A DNA stretch of 64,000 nt from a candidate division FCPU426 bacterium (GTDB lineage: Bacteria > Oederibacteriota > Muellerivitia > Muellerivitales > Muellerivitaceae): assembly GCA_963719085.1 (NCBI GenBank), contig CAVRAL010000001.1, positions 1,152,001 through 1,216,000 of the forward strand, read 5' to 3'. A program made the translations under genes and the position numbers. Positions 9,798 through 18,083 of this stretch are shown in pieces. Every line of letters starts with the position of its first letter. Positions within the stretch are counted from its first letter, which is position 1. Below the pieces are notes generated by a model that worked only from the letters and a program-made list of their open reading frames with translations, was not told the DNA's origin and ran no database searches.

Positions 9798-11076
9798 GGC
9801 GTTTGCCCGCGGAAGCTGGAACGCAAAACCACACGGCGGCCTGGGCCAACCCCAGAGCCAAGAAAGACCAACGCAAACCCCTATCACCATAAATTTTTTG
9901 GGCCCCCAGAAACAGGAGCAGGCCCGTTACCCGGCCGATTCCCAACGGCAATTCCCGGATAGCCAGATACTCGAGCCGGCGCTTCTTGCCCTCAAAGGCC
10001 CCGTCGATGACGGAAAGCGAAGCCGCGCTGAAGGAGATTTGAAACCAGCTCACCCCCACCGAATTAAGGACCGCGAAAACGATCAGCGCCGCCAAGTCCA
10101 TGCGCCAGGTCAAGAGCGCGCTGGCGGCGCCCATGAGCAGGCAGGAGGCCAAGACCCCGAAATCCCGGTTCTTCGGCCCCACCCACTTGGCCAAAAGATA
10201 AGAGGCGATGACCGCCAGTAGGTTGGATCCCATGCCGTAGGTCCCCACCACCCATTCGTCCCGGAAAAGCTGATAGATGAAAAGGCCGGTGGCGAACCAA
10301 AAAACCCCGTTGCGCACACCCCAAAGAAAATAGCCCGCCATCAACTTGTTCCAATCCGGATTGGAAGGGTGAACAAGTGTCCGCCAATAAAGGAACCGGC
10401 CCCGATGGGGCCTCACCTTCAACCGGGAACTTTCAAAAATAAGCGCCAGATAAGCCATCAGCGTCACCAGAAAGACGGCATGGTAGCCGTTGAAGAGCCA
10501 CCCTTTCTCAAGGGATAACCGGTTCAGGTGGAAAATAACCCAACCCGCCAGGGCCGGGGCCAGAATGCGGAAAACCGAGGACAATACCAGCGACACGGAA
10601 AAGAAATAGTCCCGCCGCTTGGAATGCACCAATTCAAAGGTCAAGGCGTGTTGGCCCAGGTAATAAAAGCCGATGCCGCCACCCGCCAAAAGCCCCAATA
10701 TCCAGGGATGCTGGGTGGAGTTGTCCCGCCAAACCAGCACCCAAAAATAAAGCAAAGCGTTGAAGACGAAACCCAGCTGGTAACTGCGCAGGTAGCTGAA
10801 ACGCCGGGCGAGGTAGCCGCCTCCCGTGAAAGCCGGGATGATGAAAATAAATTGGGACAAATTGAAAAGCCCTACGACTTTCCAGTCGTTGCCTTGGCGG
10901 AAAAGGAAGACATTCACGAAAACGCTGGAAAGGGCGTAGGTGAAGTCATAGAGCCCGATCATCCAAACCAGCTTGCGCTCGGGCGCCGACAGGCGGCCGG
11001 CGAAATGATTGAGGAACCAACCTGGGCTGATCCAAGCCGGAAATTTAGGTCGGGTAGAGGGGAAAGCTTTTTTCAC
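9787..11076 (-). CDS. MFS transporter
   Basis: 429 aa with ~12 hydrophobic helices in two halves. Confidence 0.85.
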   Translation of the reverse strand: MKKAFPSTRPKFPAWISPGWFLNHFAGRLSAPERKLVWMIGLYDFTYALSSVFVNVFLFRQGNDWKVVGLFNLSQFIFIIPAFTGGGYLARRFSYLRSYQLGFVFNALLYFWVLVWRDNSTQHPWILGLLAGGGIGFYYLGQHALTFELVHSKRRDYFFSVSLVLSSVFRILAPALAGWVIFHLNRLSLEKGWLFNGYHAVFLVTLMAYLALIFESSRLKVRPHRGRFLYWRTLVHPSNPDWNKLMAGYFLWGVRNGVFWFATGLFIYQLFRDEWVVGTYGMGSNLLAVIASYLLAKWVGPKNRDFGVLASCLLMGAASALLTWRMDLAALIVFAVLNSVGVSWFQISFSAASLSVIDGAFEGKKRRLEYLAIRELPLGIGRVTGLLLFLGAQKIYGDRGLRWSFLALGLAQAAVWFCVPASAGKRHEK

Positions 11077-11150
11077 AAAAGCATTATTATCAAAACCAAC
11101 ACAAAAAGCTTACAGAAAACCCCATCCACCGGGAGCGTGAACGGGCCTCA

Positions 11151-11345
11151 TTAATCCTCATCCACCAATACGAACTCTTCTTTCGGGGCGCCGCAATTGG
11201 GACATTTTTCATGGATCCCTTCTTTGCGGGGCATCAATTCGCCGCAGCGCAGGCATTTCCATAGAATCTCAACCTTATCGGCGTTGGCGTCATACTTGTA
11301 ATTATCCGGCGGCGTTTCACCGGGGGTCGGGGGAATGTCGGGCAC
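11151..11345 (-). CDS. Small rubredoxin-like zinc/iron-ribbon protein
   Basis: WKCLRCG...CPNCGAPKEEF (CxxC..CxxC). AAGGA RBS before a GTG start. Confidence 0.8.
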   Translation of the reverse strand: MPDIPPTPGETPPDNYKYDANADKVEILWKCLRCGELMPRKEGIHEKCPNCGAPKEEFVLVDED

Positions 11346-11480
11346 GATAGGTTCCTTTCACGGCGAATAAATCGTTTCGTCAGCATGGGCGGGGTGGGTG
11401 AAAAAGGTCAAGACGGAGGACAAAAATATTCTCCGTGCCCAAGTCCCCTCCTCGGTGAAAGGGAAATAAAAATGGCGCGG

Positions 11481-13691
11481 CTAGAGGAGCGACTGCGGGT
11501 CGAGGTCGACCACCCGGAAAACACCCTTGGGAGTCTCGATCGTCTGATCCATCAAGGCCAGCGCTTGGCGGATGGGGCCGGGCTTTTCAGACTTGATTAA
11601 AATCTGGTAGCGGTACTGCCCCCGCAGTTTCGCGATGGCGGCCGGAGCGGGGCCGGAGACTTCGACGCCCAATGTCTTTTGCGACCTTAAAAACCGCGCG
11701 GCTTGCTCGGCGGCTTGGGCGGCCTGCTTTTCCGTTTTGCTTCGGTAGACTAAAAGCCCCAACCGGGAAAAGGGGGGATAAAAAAGCATTTTTCGCAGGG
11801 CCAGTTCCTGTTCCCCGAAAGCCTGGAAATTATAAACCGAGGCCGCTTGAATGCTGGGATGCTCAGGATTGAAGGTCTGCAAATAAATAAGGCCCTCTTT
11901 ATCCGCCCGGCCCGCCCGGCCCGCGACCTGTACCAAAAGCTGAAACACCCGCTCGGACGAGCGGAAATCCGGCAAGGCCAGCCCGGTGTCGGCGCCCACC
12001 ACACCCACCAAGGTCACCCCCGGAAAGTCATGGCCCTTGGCCACCATTTGGGTGCCGATCAAAATATCGACTTCTTTTTTCACGATTCTTTTGAGGATCG
12101 CTTCATGGCTTCCCATTTTCCGGGTTGTGTCCAAATCCATGCGGGCCACACGGGCCTCGGGGAATTTACGAGCGATTTCTTCCTCAATTTTCTCCGTGCC
12201 GAGGCCCACCAACCGAATTGGGCCGCCCTTGCAAGCCGGGCATTTCTCCGGCAAAGGCCCTTGCCAGTTGCAGTAATGGCAAAGCAGCGTCGCCTCATTT
12301 TTGGTGCCGCCGCTTTTATGGAAAGTCACCGGCACCGAGCAGGAAGGACATTGCAGTTGCTCGCCGCATTGAAGGCAAAGCGCCACCGTGCTGAAACCCC
12401 GGCGGTTGAGGAAAAGCAAAGTCTGTTCGCCCTTGGCCAGGGTTTGCCGAACCGCCTCTTCCAATGGCAGGGATAGGATGGGCCGGTCCGCGCCCCGGGC
12501 TTTCCACTCTTCCTTCAAATCCACCAGCCGCATTTTCGGCAGCGGCTTCTGGTTCACCCGGTCGGGCATCAGCAGAAGCCCATACTTCCCCGCCTTGGCG
12601 TTATGAAGCGATTCCAAGGAAGGCGTGGCGCTGCCCAAAACCGCGATCCCGCCCACCAACTGGGCCCTTTTGATGGCGGCATCCCGGGCGTTATAGCGGG
12701 GAGAATCATCCTGCTTATAGGAAGACTCATGCTCTTCATCCACCACGATGAGTCCCAAATTTTTAGCCGGCGCGAAAAGCGCCGAACGGGCGCCCACGAC
12801 GACCGAAGCGTCGCCGGTCGCCATGCTTTCCCATTGGCGAACCCGCTCCCCCGCGCTCAACCGGCTGTGCAAAACCGCCACCCGGTCGCCGAAGCGGCTG
12901 GTGAAACGCTCCACGGTTTGGGGCGTTAGGGCGATTTCAGGAATGAGCACAATGGCCTGCTTGCCCGCGGCCAGGACCAGCGCGATGGCCCGAAGATAAA
13001 TTTCAGTTTTGCCGGAGCCGGTCACGCCTTGAAGCAGAAAAGTTTTAAAACCCCCTTCCGCCAAAGCGGCTTCAATAGCCCCCAGGGCCGAGGCTTGCTG
13101 GGGATGAAGCGGCGGTCCTTTTTTCGTCTCGTGGGATTGTTTTTCCCGGGCCTTCATTTCACCCGGTTCGCCCAGTTTAAGTTCCAGAAGCCCGGCTTTT
13201 TTCAACGCTTCCATCAAGGGCTTCGTCCTCGCCGTAACCGGAACCGTGCCCGCCCTCAAATTGTCCCATTTCACGCCCCGGAGTTTCCCGGCTTCGGCCA
13301 AGGCCGATTCCACCGCCTCTTGCTCGGCGTCCGACTTGAGGCCTAAGAAGACTTTGGGGTTTTTGCGGTAGCCTGAGGGCATCATGGCGAAAAGGGCTTC
13401 CCCCGCCGAGCAATAATAATAATCGGCCATCCATTGGCCGAGCTTCAATAAATCCGGCGTCAGGCATGGCTGGATATCCATGAGCGAGTCGATGGATTTG
13501 AGATGGGGGACTTTCGGGGCCACCCGTGAGAGGCCGGTAACAAGTCCCACGGTTTGGCGGCGGCCAAAAGAAACCGAACAACGCATACCCGGCTGGATCG
13601 CGCCTTCCAACGCCGGAGGCACGCCATAGGTGAAGACTTGTTTGAGCGGGACCGGAAATACAATTTCGGCATAAAGGTTGAAGGATGTCAA
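11481..13691 (-). CDS. priA: Primosomal protein N'
   Basis: GVTGSGKTE, DEEH, Cys-rich zinc region, GTQMVAKGHDFP. True start inferred at TTG 13691; the ORF-track extension is a shadow of the upstream permease. Confidence 0.96.
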   Translation of the reverse strand: MTSFNLYAEIVFPVPLKQVFTYGVPPALEGAIQPGMRCSVSFGRRQTVGLVTGLSRVAPKVPHLKSIDSLMDIQPCLTPDLLKLGQWMADYYYCSAGEALFAMMPSGYRKNPKVFLGLKSDAEQEAVESALAEAGKLRGVKWDNLRAGTVPVTARTKPLMEALKKAGLLELKLGEPGEMKAREKQSHETKKGPPLHPQQASALGAIEAALAEGGFKTFLLQGVTGSGKTEIYLRAIALVLAAGKQAIVLIPEIALTPQTVERFTSRFGDRVAVLHSRLSAGERVRQWESMATGDASVVVGARSALFAPAKNLGLIVVDEEHESSYKQDDSPRYNARDAAIKRAQLVGGIAVLGSATPSLESLHNAKAGKYGLLLMPDRVNQKPLPKMRLVDLKEEWKARGADRPILSLPLEEAVRQTLAKGEQTLLFLNRRGFSTVALCLQCGEQLQCPSCSVPVTFHKSGGTKNEATLLCHYCNWQGPLPEKCPACKGGPIRLVGLGTEKIEEEIARKFPEARVARMDLDTTRKMGSHEAILKRIVKKEVDILIGTQMVAKGHDFPGVTLVGVVGADTGLALPDFRSSERVFQLLVQVAGRAGRADKEGLIYLQTFNPEHPSIQAASVYNFQAFGEQELALRKMLFYPPFSRLGLLVYRSKTEKQAAQAAEQAARFLRSQKTLGVEVSGPAPAAIAKLRGQYRYQILIKSEKPGPIRQALALMDQTIETPKGVFRVVDLDPQSLL

Positions 13692-13693
13692 AA

Positions 13694-14527
13694 TCAGCGC
13701 TCGCCCTGGTGGCGCGGATCCATCCAATCGCGGAGCCCCTCGCCCAATAGGTTGTAACCCAAAACAGTCACGAAGATAGCCAGTCCGGGAAAAGTCACCA
13801 GCCACCAGGCGTCGGTTAGGTGTTCTTTGCCTTCGGTGAGCATATTGCCCCAACTGGCGGTAGGCGGTTGGACGCCCAGGCCTAAAAAGCTGAGCGCCGA
13901 CTCGGTCAGAATGGTGGAACCCACCCCTAAGGTGGCCACCACCAAAACCGGTCCCAAGGCGTTCGGTAAAAGCTGGGTGAAAATAATGCGGGCGTCCTTC
14001 ATGCCGATCACCCGGGCCGCGGTGATGAAGTCCCGCTCTTTCAGGGACAAAATTTCGCCCCGTACCAACCGGGCCACACCCATCCAAGAGGTGAGCCCGA
14101 TCACCACCATCACGTTGAAAATGCTGGGCCCCACGAAGGCGATTACCATCAGGATCAAAAACAAGGTCGGAATGCAGAGCATGATGTCGACGAAGCGCAT
14201 CAGGAGGATATCCACCCAGCCGCCGTAATAACCCGCCAGAGCGCCGATGGTGACCCCGATCCCCACATAAAGCGAAACCGCGACCACGCCCACCGCCAAA
14301 GAGATGCGCGCGCCGTAGATCATCCGGGACAACACATCCCTTCCATATTGGTCCGTACCCAGCCAATGGTGCCAGGTCGGCGCCAAAAGGCTTTGATCCA
14401 GGGATTGCGCGTTCGGATCTTGCGGCGCCAATAGCGGGGCCGCGAAAGCCGTCACCACCAAGGCCGCCACAATGAGCCCGCCCCCAAGGATGAGCGGGTA
14501 ATGTTTCAGGGTGTTTTTTAAAGACAT
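13694..14527 (-). CDS. Oligopeptide/dipeptide ABC transporter permease (OppC/DppC-like)
   Basis: HWLGTDQYGRD and ESALSFLGLG..PPTASWG motifs. ATG at 14527 with GGAGG RBS. Confidence 0.93.
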   Translation of the reverse strand: MSLKNTLKHYPLILGGGLIVAALVVTAFAAPLLAPQDPNAQSLDQSLLAPTWHHWLGTDQYGRDVLSRMIYGARISLAVGVVAVSLYVGIGVTIGALAGYYGGWVDILLMRFVDIMLCIPTLFLILMVIAFVGPSIFNVMVVIGLTSWMGVARLVRGEILSLKERDFITAARVIGMKDARIIFTQLLPNALGPVLVVATLGVGSTILTESALSFLGLGVQPPTASWGNMLTEGKEHLTDAWWLVTFPGLAIFVTVLGYNLLGEGLRDWMDPRHQGER

Positions 14528-14556
14528 TTCAGCACCCCTCCACCAAAACCAAATTC

Positions 14557-14677
14557 GCACGCAAAGACACTAAGACGCCAAGAACGGAAAAATCTATTTG
14601 GGTAAAGCACAAATCGGAAAGCCTTTGTTTTTAAAAAATGAAATGTTACCTTTGCGTCTTGGCGTCTTTGCGTGAGC
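14557..14677. repeat. Palindromic intergenic element, family A copy 1
   Basis: Arms CACGCAAAGACACTAAGACGCCAAG / CTTTGCGTCTTGGCGTCTTTGCGTG around an AT-rich spacer. Confidence 0.85.
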
Positions 14678-14710
14678 CGTTTTTGTTGGTTAAGGTTAAT
14701 GAATTGAGCC

Positions 14711-15682
14711 CTAGTCATAGTGCACCCTCGGGTCCAGCCAGGCATAGCTGACGTCGGCTAAAAGATTTCCCAAAAGCGTCAAAAACGCCGAAATGATGCC
14801 GACTCCCATGACCACCGGATAATCGTGATTCATCATGGACTCATACCCAAGCCGCCCCATGCCGGGCCAGGCGAAGATGGACTCAATAATGACGCTTCCC
14901 CCAATCAACCCGGGCAGGGACAGCCCCATCAAGGTCACGATGGGAATCAAGGCGTTTCGTAAAGCGTGTTTAAAAATGACCTGTCTTTCGCTCAAACCCT
15001 TGGCGCGGGCGGTGCGGATATAGTCTTGGCGGATCACTTCCAAAAGACTGGTCTTGGCGTATTGGGAAACCGAAGCCAACCCCACGAAAGTGGTGACGAA
15101 AAGCGGAAGGATCAAATGCCAAGCCATATCGCCCAGACGCTCGAAAAAAGGCAGATCCTCGGCGCCCAGGCTCATCATGCCCGAAACCGGAAGCGCTCCC
15201 CAAGTCACGCCGAATAAAAGCATCATCATCAGGGCCAGCCAAAAGTCAGGCGTTGAAAAACCGAAAAAGACAAAACCCGTAATGAGCTTATCCGGCCATT
15301 TGCCCTGGTAATAAGCCGCCGCGATTCCCAACGGTACCCCGATCACAAAAAGAAGCAGGAGCGAAAGGCCGGATAAAAGCAGTGTGGCGGGCATATGTTC
15401 CAAGATGAGCGTCAAAACCGGACGACTATCTTTGAAGGACTCCCCCAAATCCAACCGCGCCAAATGGGAAAGCCAATGCCAATATTGGACATAGAGCGGG
15501 TCGTTCAAACCATAAGCCGCCCGGAGTTTTTCGATGTAGCTGGGATCAATCTTTTGGTTCATGGCCGCCGAAAGCGAAGCCGGATCGCCGGGCGCCAATT
15601 GCATGATGGCGAAACTGATGACCGAGATGCCCAAAAGCAGCGGCACCATCATCAATAACCGCCGCAGGATAAATTTCTTCAT
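14711..15682 (-). CDS. Oligopeptide/dipeptide ABC transporter permease (OppB/DppB-like)
   Basis: APGDP, DYIRTARAKGL..KHALRNALIP and IFAWPGMGRL motifs. Confidence 0.94.
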   Translation of the reverse strand: MKKFILRRLLMMVPLLLGISVISFAIMQLAPGDPASLSAAMNQKIDPSYIEKLRAAYGLNDPLYVQYWHWLSHLARLDLGESFKDSRPVLTLILEHMPATLLLSGLSLLLLFVIGVPLGIAAAYYQGKWPDKLITGFVFFGFSTPDFWLALMMMLLFGVTWGALPVSGMMSLGAEDLPFFERLGDMAWHLILPLFVTTFVGLASVSQYAKTSLLEVIRQDYIRTARAKGLSERQVIFKHALRNALIPIVTLMGLSLPGLIGGSVIIESIFAWPGMGRLGYESMMNHDYPVVMGVGIISAFLTLLGNLLADVSYAWLDPRVHYD

Positions 15683-15725
15683 AAAATCCTCAAAACAAAA
15701 CCCGCGAACTTAACCAACACCAAAA

Positions 15726-15861
15726 GCTCACGCAAAAACGCTAAGACGCCAAGGTAACCCAGACAAATCTCACGGAACATTTCATGGTTAAGGCAAAAGA
15801 TTGTTTTAAAATTCACCACAATTAATCGCCCTTCTTAGCGTCTTGGCGTCTTTGCGTGAGC
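15726..15861. repeat. Palindromic intergenic element, family A copy 2
   Basis: GCTCACGCAAAAACGCTAAGACGCCAAG / CTTAGCGTCTTGGCGTCTTTGCGTGAGC. Confidence 0.85.
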
Positions 15862-15899
15862 AGTTTTTGTTGGTTTTGACCTTGGCTTCAATCCGTTGG

Positions 15900-17528
15900 T
15901 TAGGGTTGATACTTTTGTTGGTTCGTGGGGACGTACCACTTCTCCGGCCGGGTGGCGATGCCGTTGTCGTTCACGGTGTATCCCTTGAAACGCTTATGGA
16001 TGGCCGGCATGGCTTCGGGCACATACAAAAAGGTATAGGGCTGGTCGTCGTAAAGCACCTGGTGCAGGCGCTGGTAGATCAGCTTGCGCTTGGCCGGGTC
16101 CAGTGTGCGGCGGCCTTCCACCAATAGGGCGTCGACCGTCTTATTCTTGTAGGTCACAAAGTTGAACTGGTGCTCCCCGGTCTGGCTCGAATGGAAAATT
16201 TGGTAACAATCGGGCTCCGGCGACAGGGTCCAACCCAAGATGACCGCGTCGAACTTTTTAGGATTCACGTATTGGGATAAAAAGGTCGTCCATTCCACGA
16301 TCTGAACGTCCACCTGGATGCCGATTTGCTGGTATTGCTGCTGCACGATCGTGGCGATTCGCTCGCGGCTCACATTGCCCTGGTTCGTCATCAGGGTGAA
16401 CTTAAAGGGTTTGCCGTCGCGGGTGAGCATCCCGTCTTTGCCTTGCCTCCAACCGGCTTGTTTCAAAAGCGCCAAGGCCTTTTTCGCGTCAAAGGGCAAA
16501 GCCTTCACCTTGGGGTTGTTGGCCCAGGAATGAAGCGGGAAAGGCCCGGTCGACACATGGCCCTCGCCATAAATGACGTTTTTAATAATCGCGTCCCGGT
16601 CCAAGGCCATCGTCAAGGCTTGCCGGACACGCTTGTCCTTGAACAATGGATTGAGCTCGTTCCAACCGATATAGACATAAGACAGGTCGTCATATTGGTA
16701 GACGTTGTAATAATTTTTAAACTTGGGCGTGTCAATCTGGCGCGCGTATTGTTCGGGCGTCAATCCCCCGTGGAGCCAGGCGCCCAGCGCGTCCACGCCG
16801 CCATTGAGCAATTCCAAAAATTCGGTCGCTTGATCCGGTATCACCCGCATAACGAATTTTTTAATGTGCGGGGCGCCCTCCCAATAATCCGGGTTGGCTT
16901 CCAGGGTAATTTTTTGGTCGGTCTGCCAGCTCACGAATTTGTAAGGCCCGGTGCCGATGGGATGCCGGTTAAAATCCGACTTATTGATGTCCTGCCCCTC
17001 CAGCAAATGTTTCGGAAGGATGTTGTCAAAGGTGCTGGTCAGCGCCGGGGCAAAAGGTTGTTTATAGGTCACCCGGACGGTGTAATCATCCAGCTTGTCG
17101 ACCGAGGCGATGTCGTTGTAGAAACTGCCCTCCGGCGTATCCACCGTGGGATCGGAATAAACCTTATAGGTAAAAAGCACGTCGTCAGCGGTGAACTCCA
17201 CCCCGTCATGGAACTTCACGCCCTTACGCAGGTAATAGGTAATGACTTTGCCGTTCTTGGAAACCGACCATTTCTGGGCCAACGCGCCTTGCAGGTTAAA
17301 GTCGGGGTCATAGCGCAGTAAACCATTGAAAACCAGCGAGTCGATATCCAGCCCCCCCACTTCATCCACCAGAGGCGGCATCAGCTTCTTCGCGTCTCCC
17401 AAGCTGGGTTCCACGAGACAATCCCCCTCGGCTACCGGGCCGTCCTGGGCGTAGATTTTGGGGTCCTTGTGGCCGCAGCCGGTCAGAAACAGGGACGCCA
17501 CGAGGATGATGAAGATGGAACGGATCAT
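15900..17528 (-). CDS. Peptide ABC transporter substrate-binding lipoprotein (SBP family 5, AppA-like)
   Basis: Lipobox LTGC. LRKGVKFHDG..FTADDV and PIGTGPYK motifs. Confidence 0.94.
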   Translation of the reverse strand: MIRSIFIILVASLFLTGCGHKDPKIYAQDGPVAEGDCLVEPSLGDAKKLMPPLVDEVGGLDIDSLVFNGLLRYDPDFNLQGALAQKWSVSKNGKVITYYLRKGVKFHDGVEFTADDVLFTYKVYSDPTVDTPEGSFYNDIASVDKLDDYTVRVTYKQPFAPALTSTFDNILPKHLLEGQDINKSDFNRHPIGTGPYKFVSWQTDQKITLEANPDYWEGAPHIKKFVMRVIPDQATEFLELLNGGVDALGAWLHGGLTPEQYARQIDTPKFKNYYNVYQYDDLSYVYIGWNELNPLFKDKRVRQALTMALDRDAIIKNVIYGEGHVSTGPFPLHSWANNPKVKALPFDAKKALALLKQAGWRQGKDGMLTRDGKPFKFTLMTNQGNVSRERIATIVQQQYQQIGIQVDVQIVEWTTFLSQYVNPKKFDAVILGWTLSPEPDCYQIFHSSQTGEHQFNFVTYKNKTVDALLVEGRRTLDPAKRKLIYQRLHQVLYDDQPYTFLYVPEAMPAIHKRFKGYTVNDNGIATRPEKWYVPTNQQKYQP

Positions 17529-17541
17529 GAAATATTCCTTT

Positions 17542-17925
17542 TCAACCTTCTCCCTCGCCCTGGAGGGGAGAGGGTCGGGGTGAGGGTGATTTTACAACTT
17601 TTCCAAGTATTTCTTCCAGGACAGCTCGCGTATTACTCAACACTTCATGGTTCCAGAAGCGGATAACAAGAAACCCGCCTTGTTCTAAAAACTTTGTCCT
17701 CTTGGCGTCATTCTTTTTGTTTTTCGCGGGCTGGCCGCCATCCAATTCAACTATTAATTTTGCCGTAAAAGAGCGGAAATCAGCGATGTAAGAACCCAAA
17801 GGTTGTTGGCGCCTGAATTTAAGACCCTGAAATTGCCGAGACCTAAGATGTTTCCACAAAAGCTTTTCCGCTTCGGTTTGATCACGACGAAGGATTCGGG
17901 CAAAAACCTTGGAATCTTTTTTCAT
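17542..17925 (-). CDS. DUF559 (Vsr-like) endonuclease domain protein
   Basis: ARILRRDQTEAEKLLW..LR, KFRRQQPLGSYIADF, LIVELDGGQ, GFLVIRFWNHEV. Confidence 0.9.
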   Translation of the reverse strand: MKKDSKVFARILRRDQTEAEKLLWKHLRSRQFQGLKFRRQQPLGSYIADFRSFTAKLIVELDGGQPAKNKKNDAKRTKFLEQGGFLVIRFWNHEVLSNTRAVLEEILGKVVKSPSPRPSPLQGEGEG

Positions 17926-17964
17926 TCCCCCTCACCCTAGCCCTCTCCCTCAAGGGGCGAGGGA
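17551..17964. repeat. 36-bp imperfect inverted repeats (17551-17586, 17929-17964) bracketing the DUF559 gene
   Basis: TCCCTCGCCCtggagGGGAGAGGGtcgGGGTGAGGG vs reverse complement of the right arm TCCCTCGCCCcttgaGGGAGAGGGctaGGGTGAGGG (28/36 identical). Each arm is internally palindromic. Confidence 0.85.
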
Positions 17965-17969
17965 ACTCA

Positions 17970-18083
17970 GCTCACAGCGAAAAATCAGGCGCCATGACAT
18001 TTCTCGCGCCGCTCTTTTATCGAGCGGCATTCCCCAATCTTGCGCCTTGCCTGGCGGGCTCGACACGGGGCGAAATATGAAGC
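17970..18083 (-). ncRNA. Candidate structured RNA motif (multi-hairpin), copy 1
   Basis: Closing stem plus three hairpins. Shares a 13-mer and a 10-mer with 30571-30611. G-U pairs favour the minus strand. Confidence 0.4.

Noticed and set aside
13692..14366. 225-aa N-terminal extension of PriA in the ORF track
   Set aside because: Alternative-frame shadow of the oppC-like gene; PriA similarity begins near 13691.
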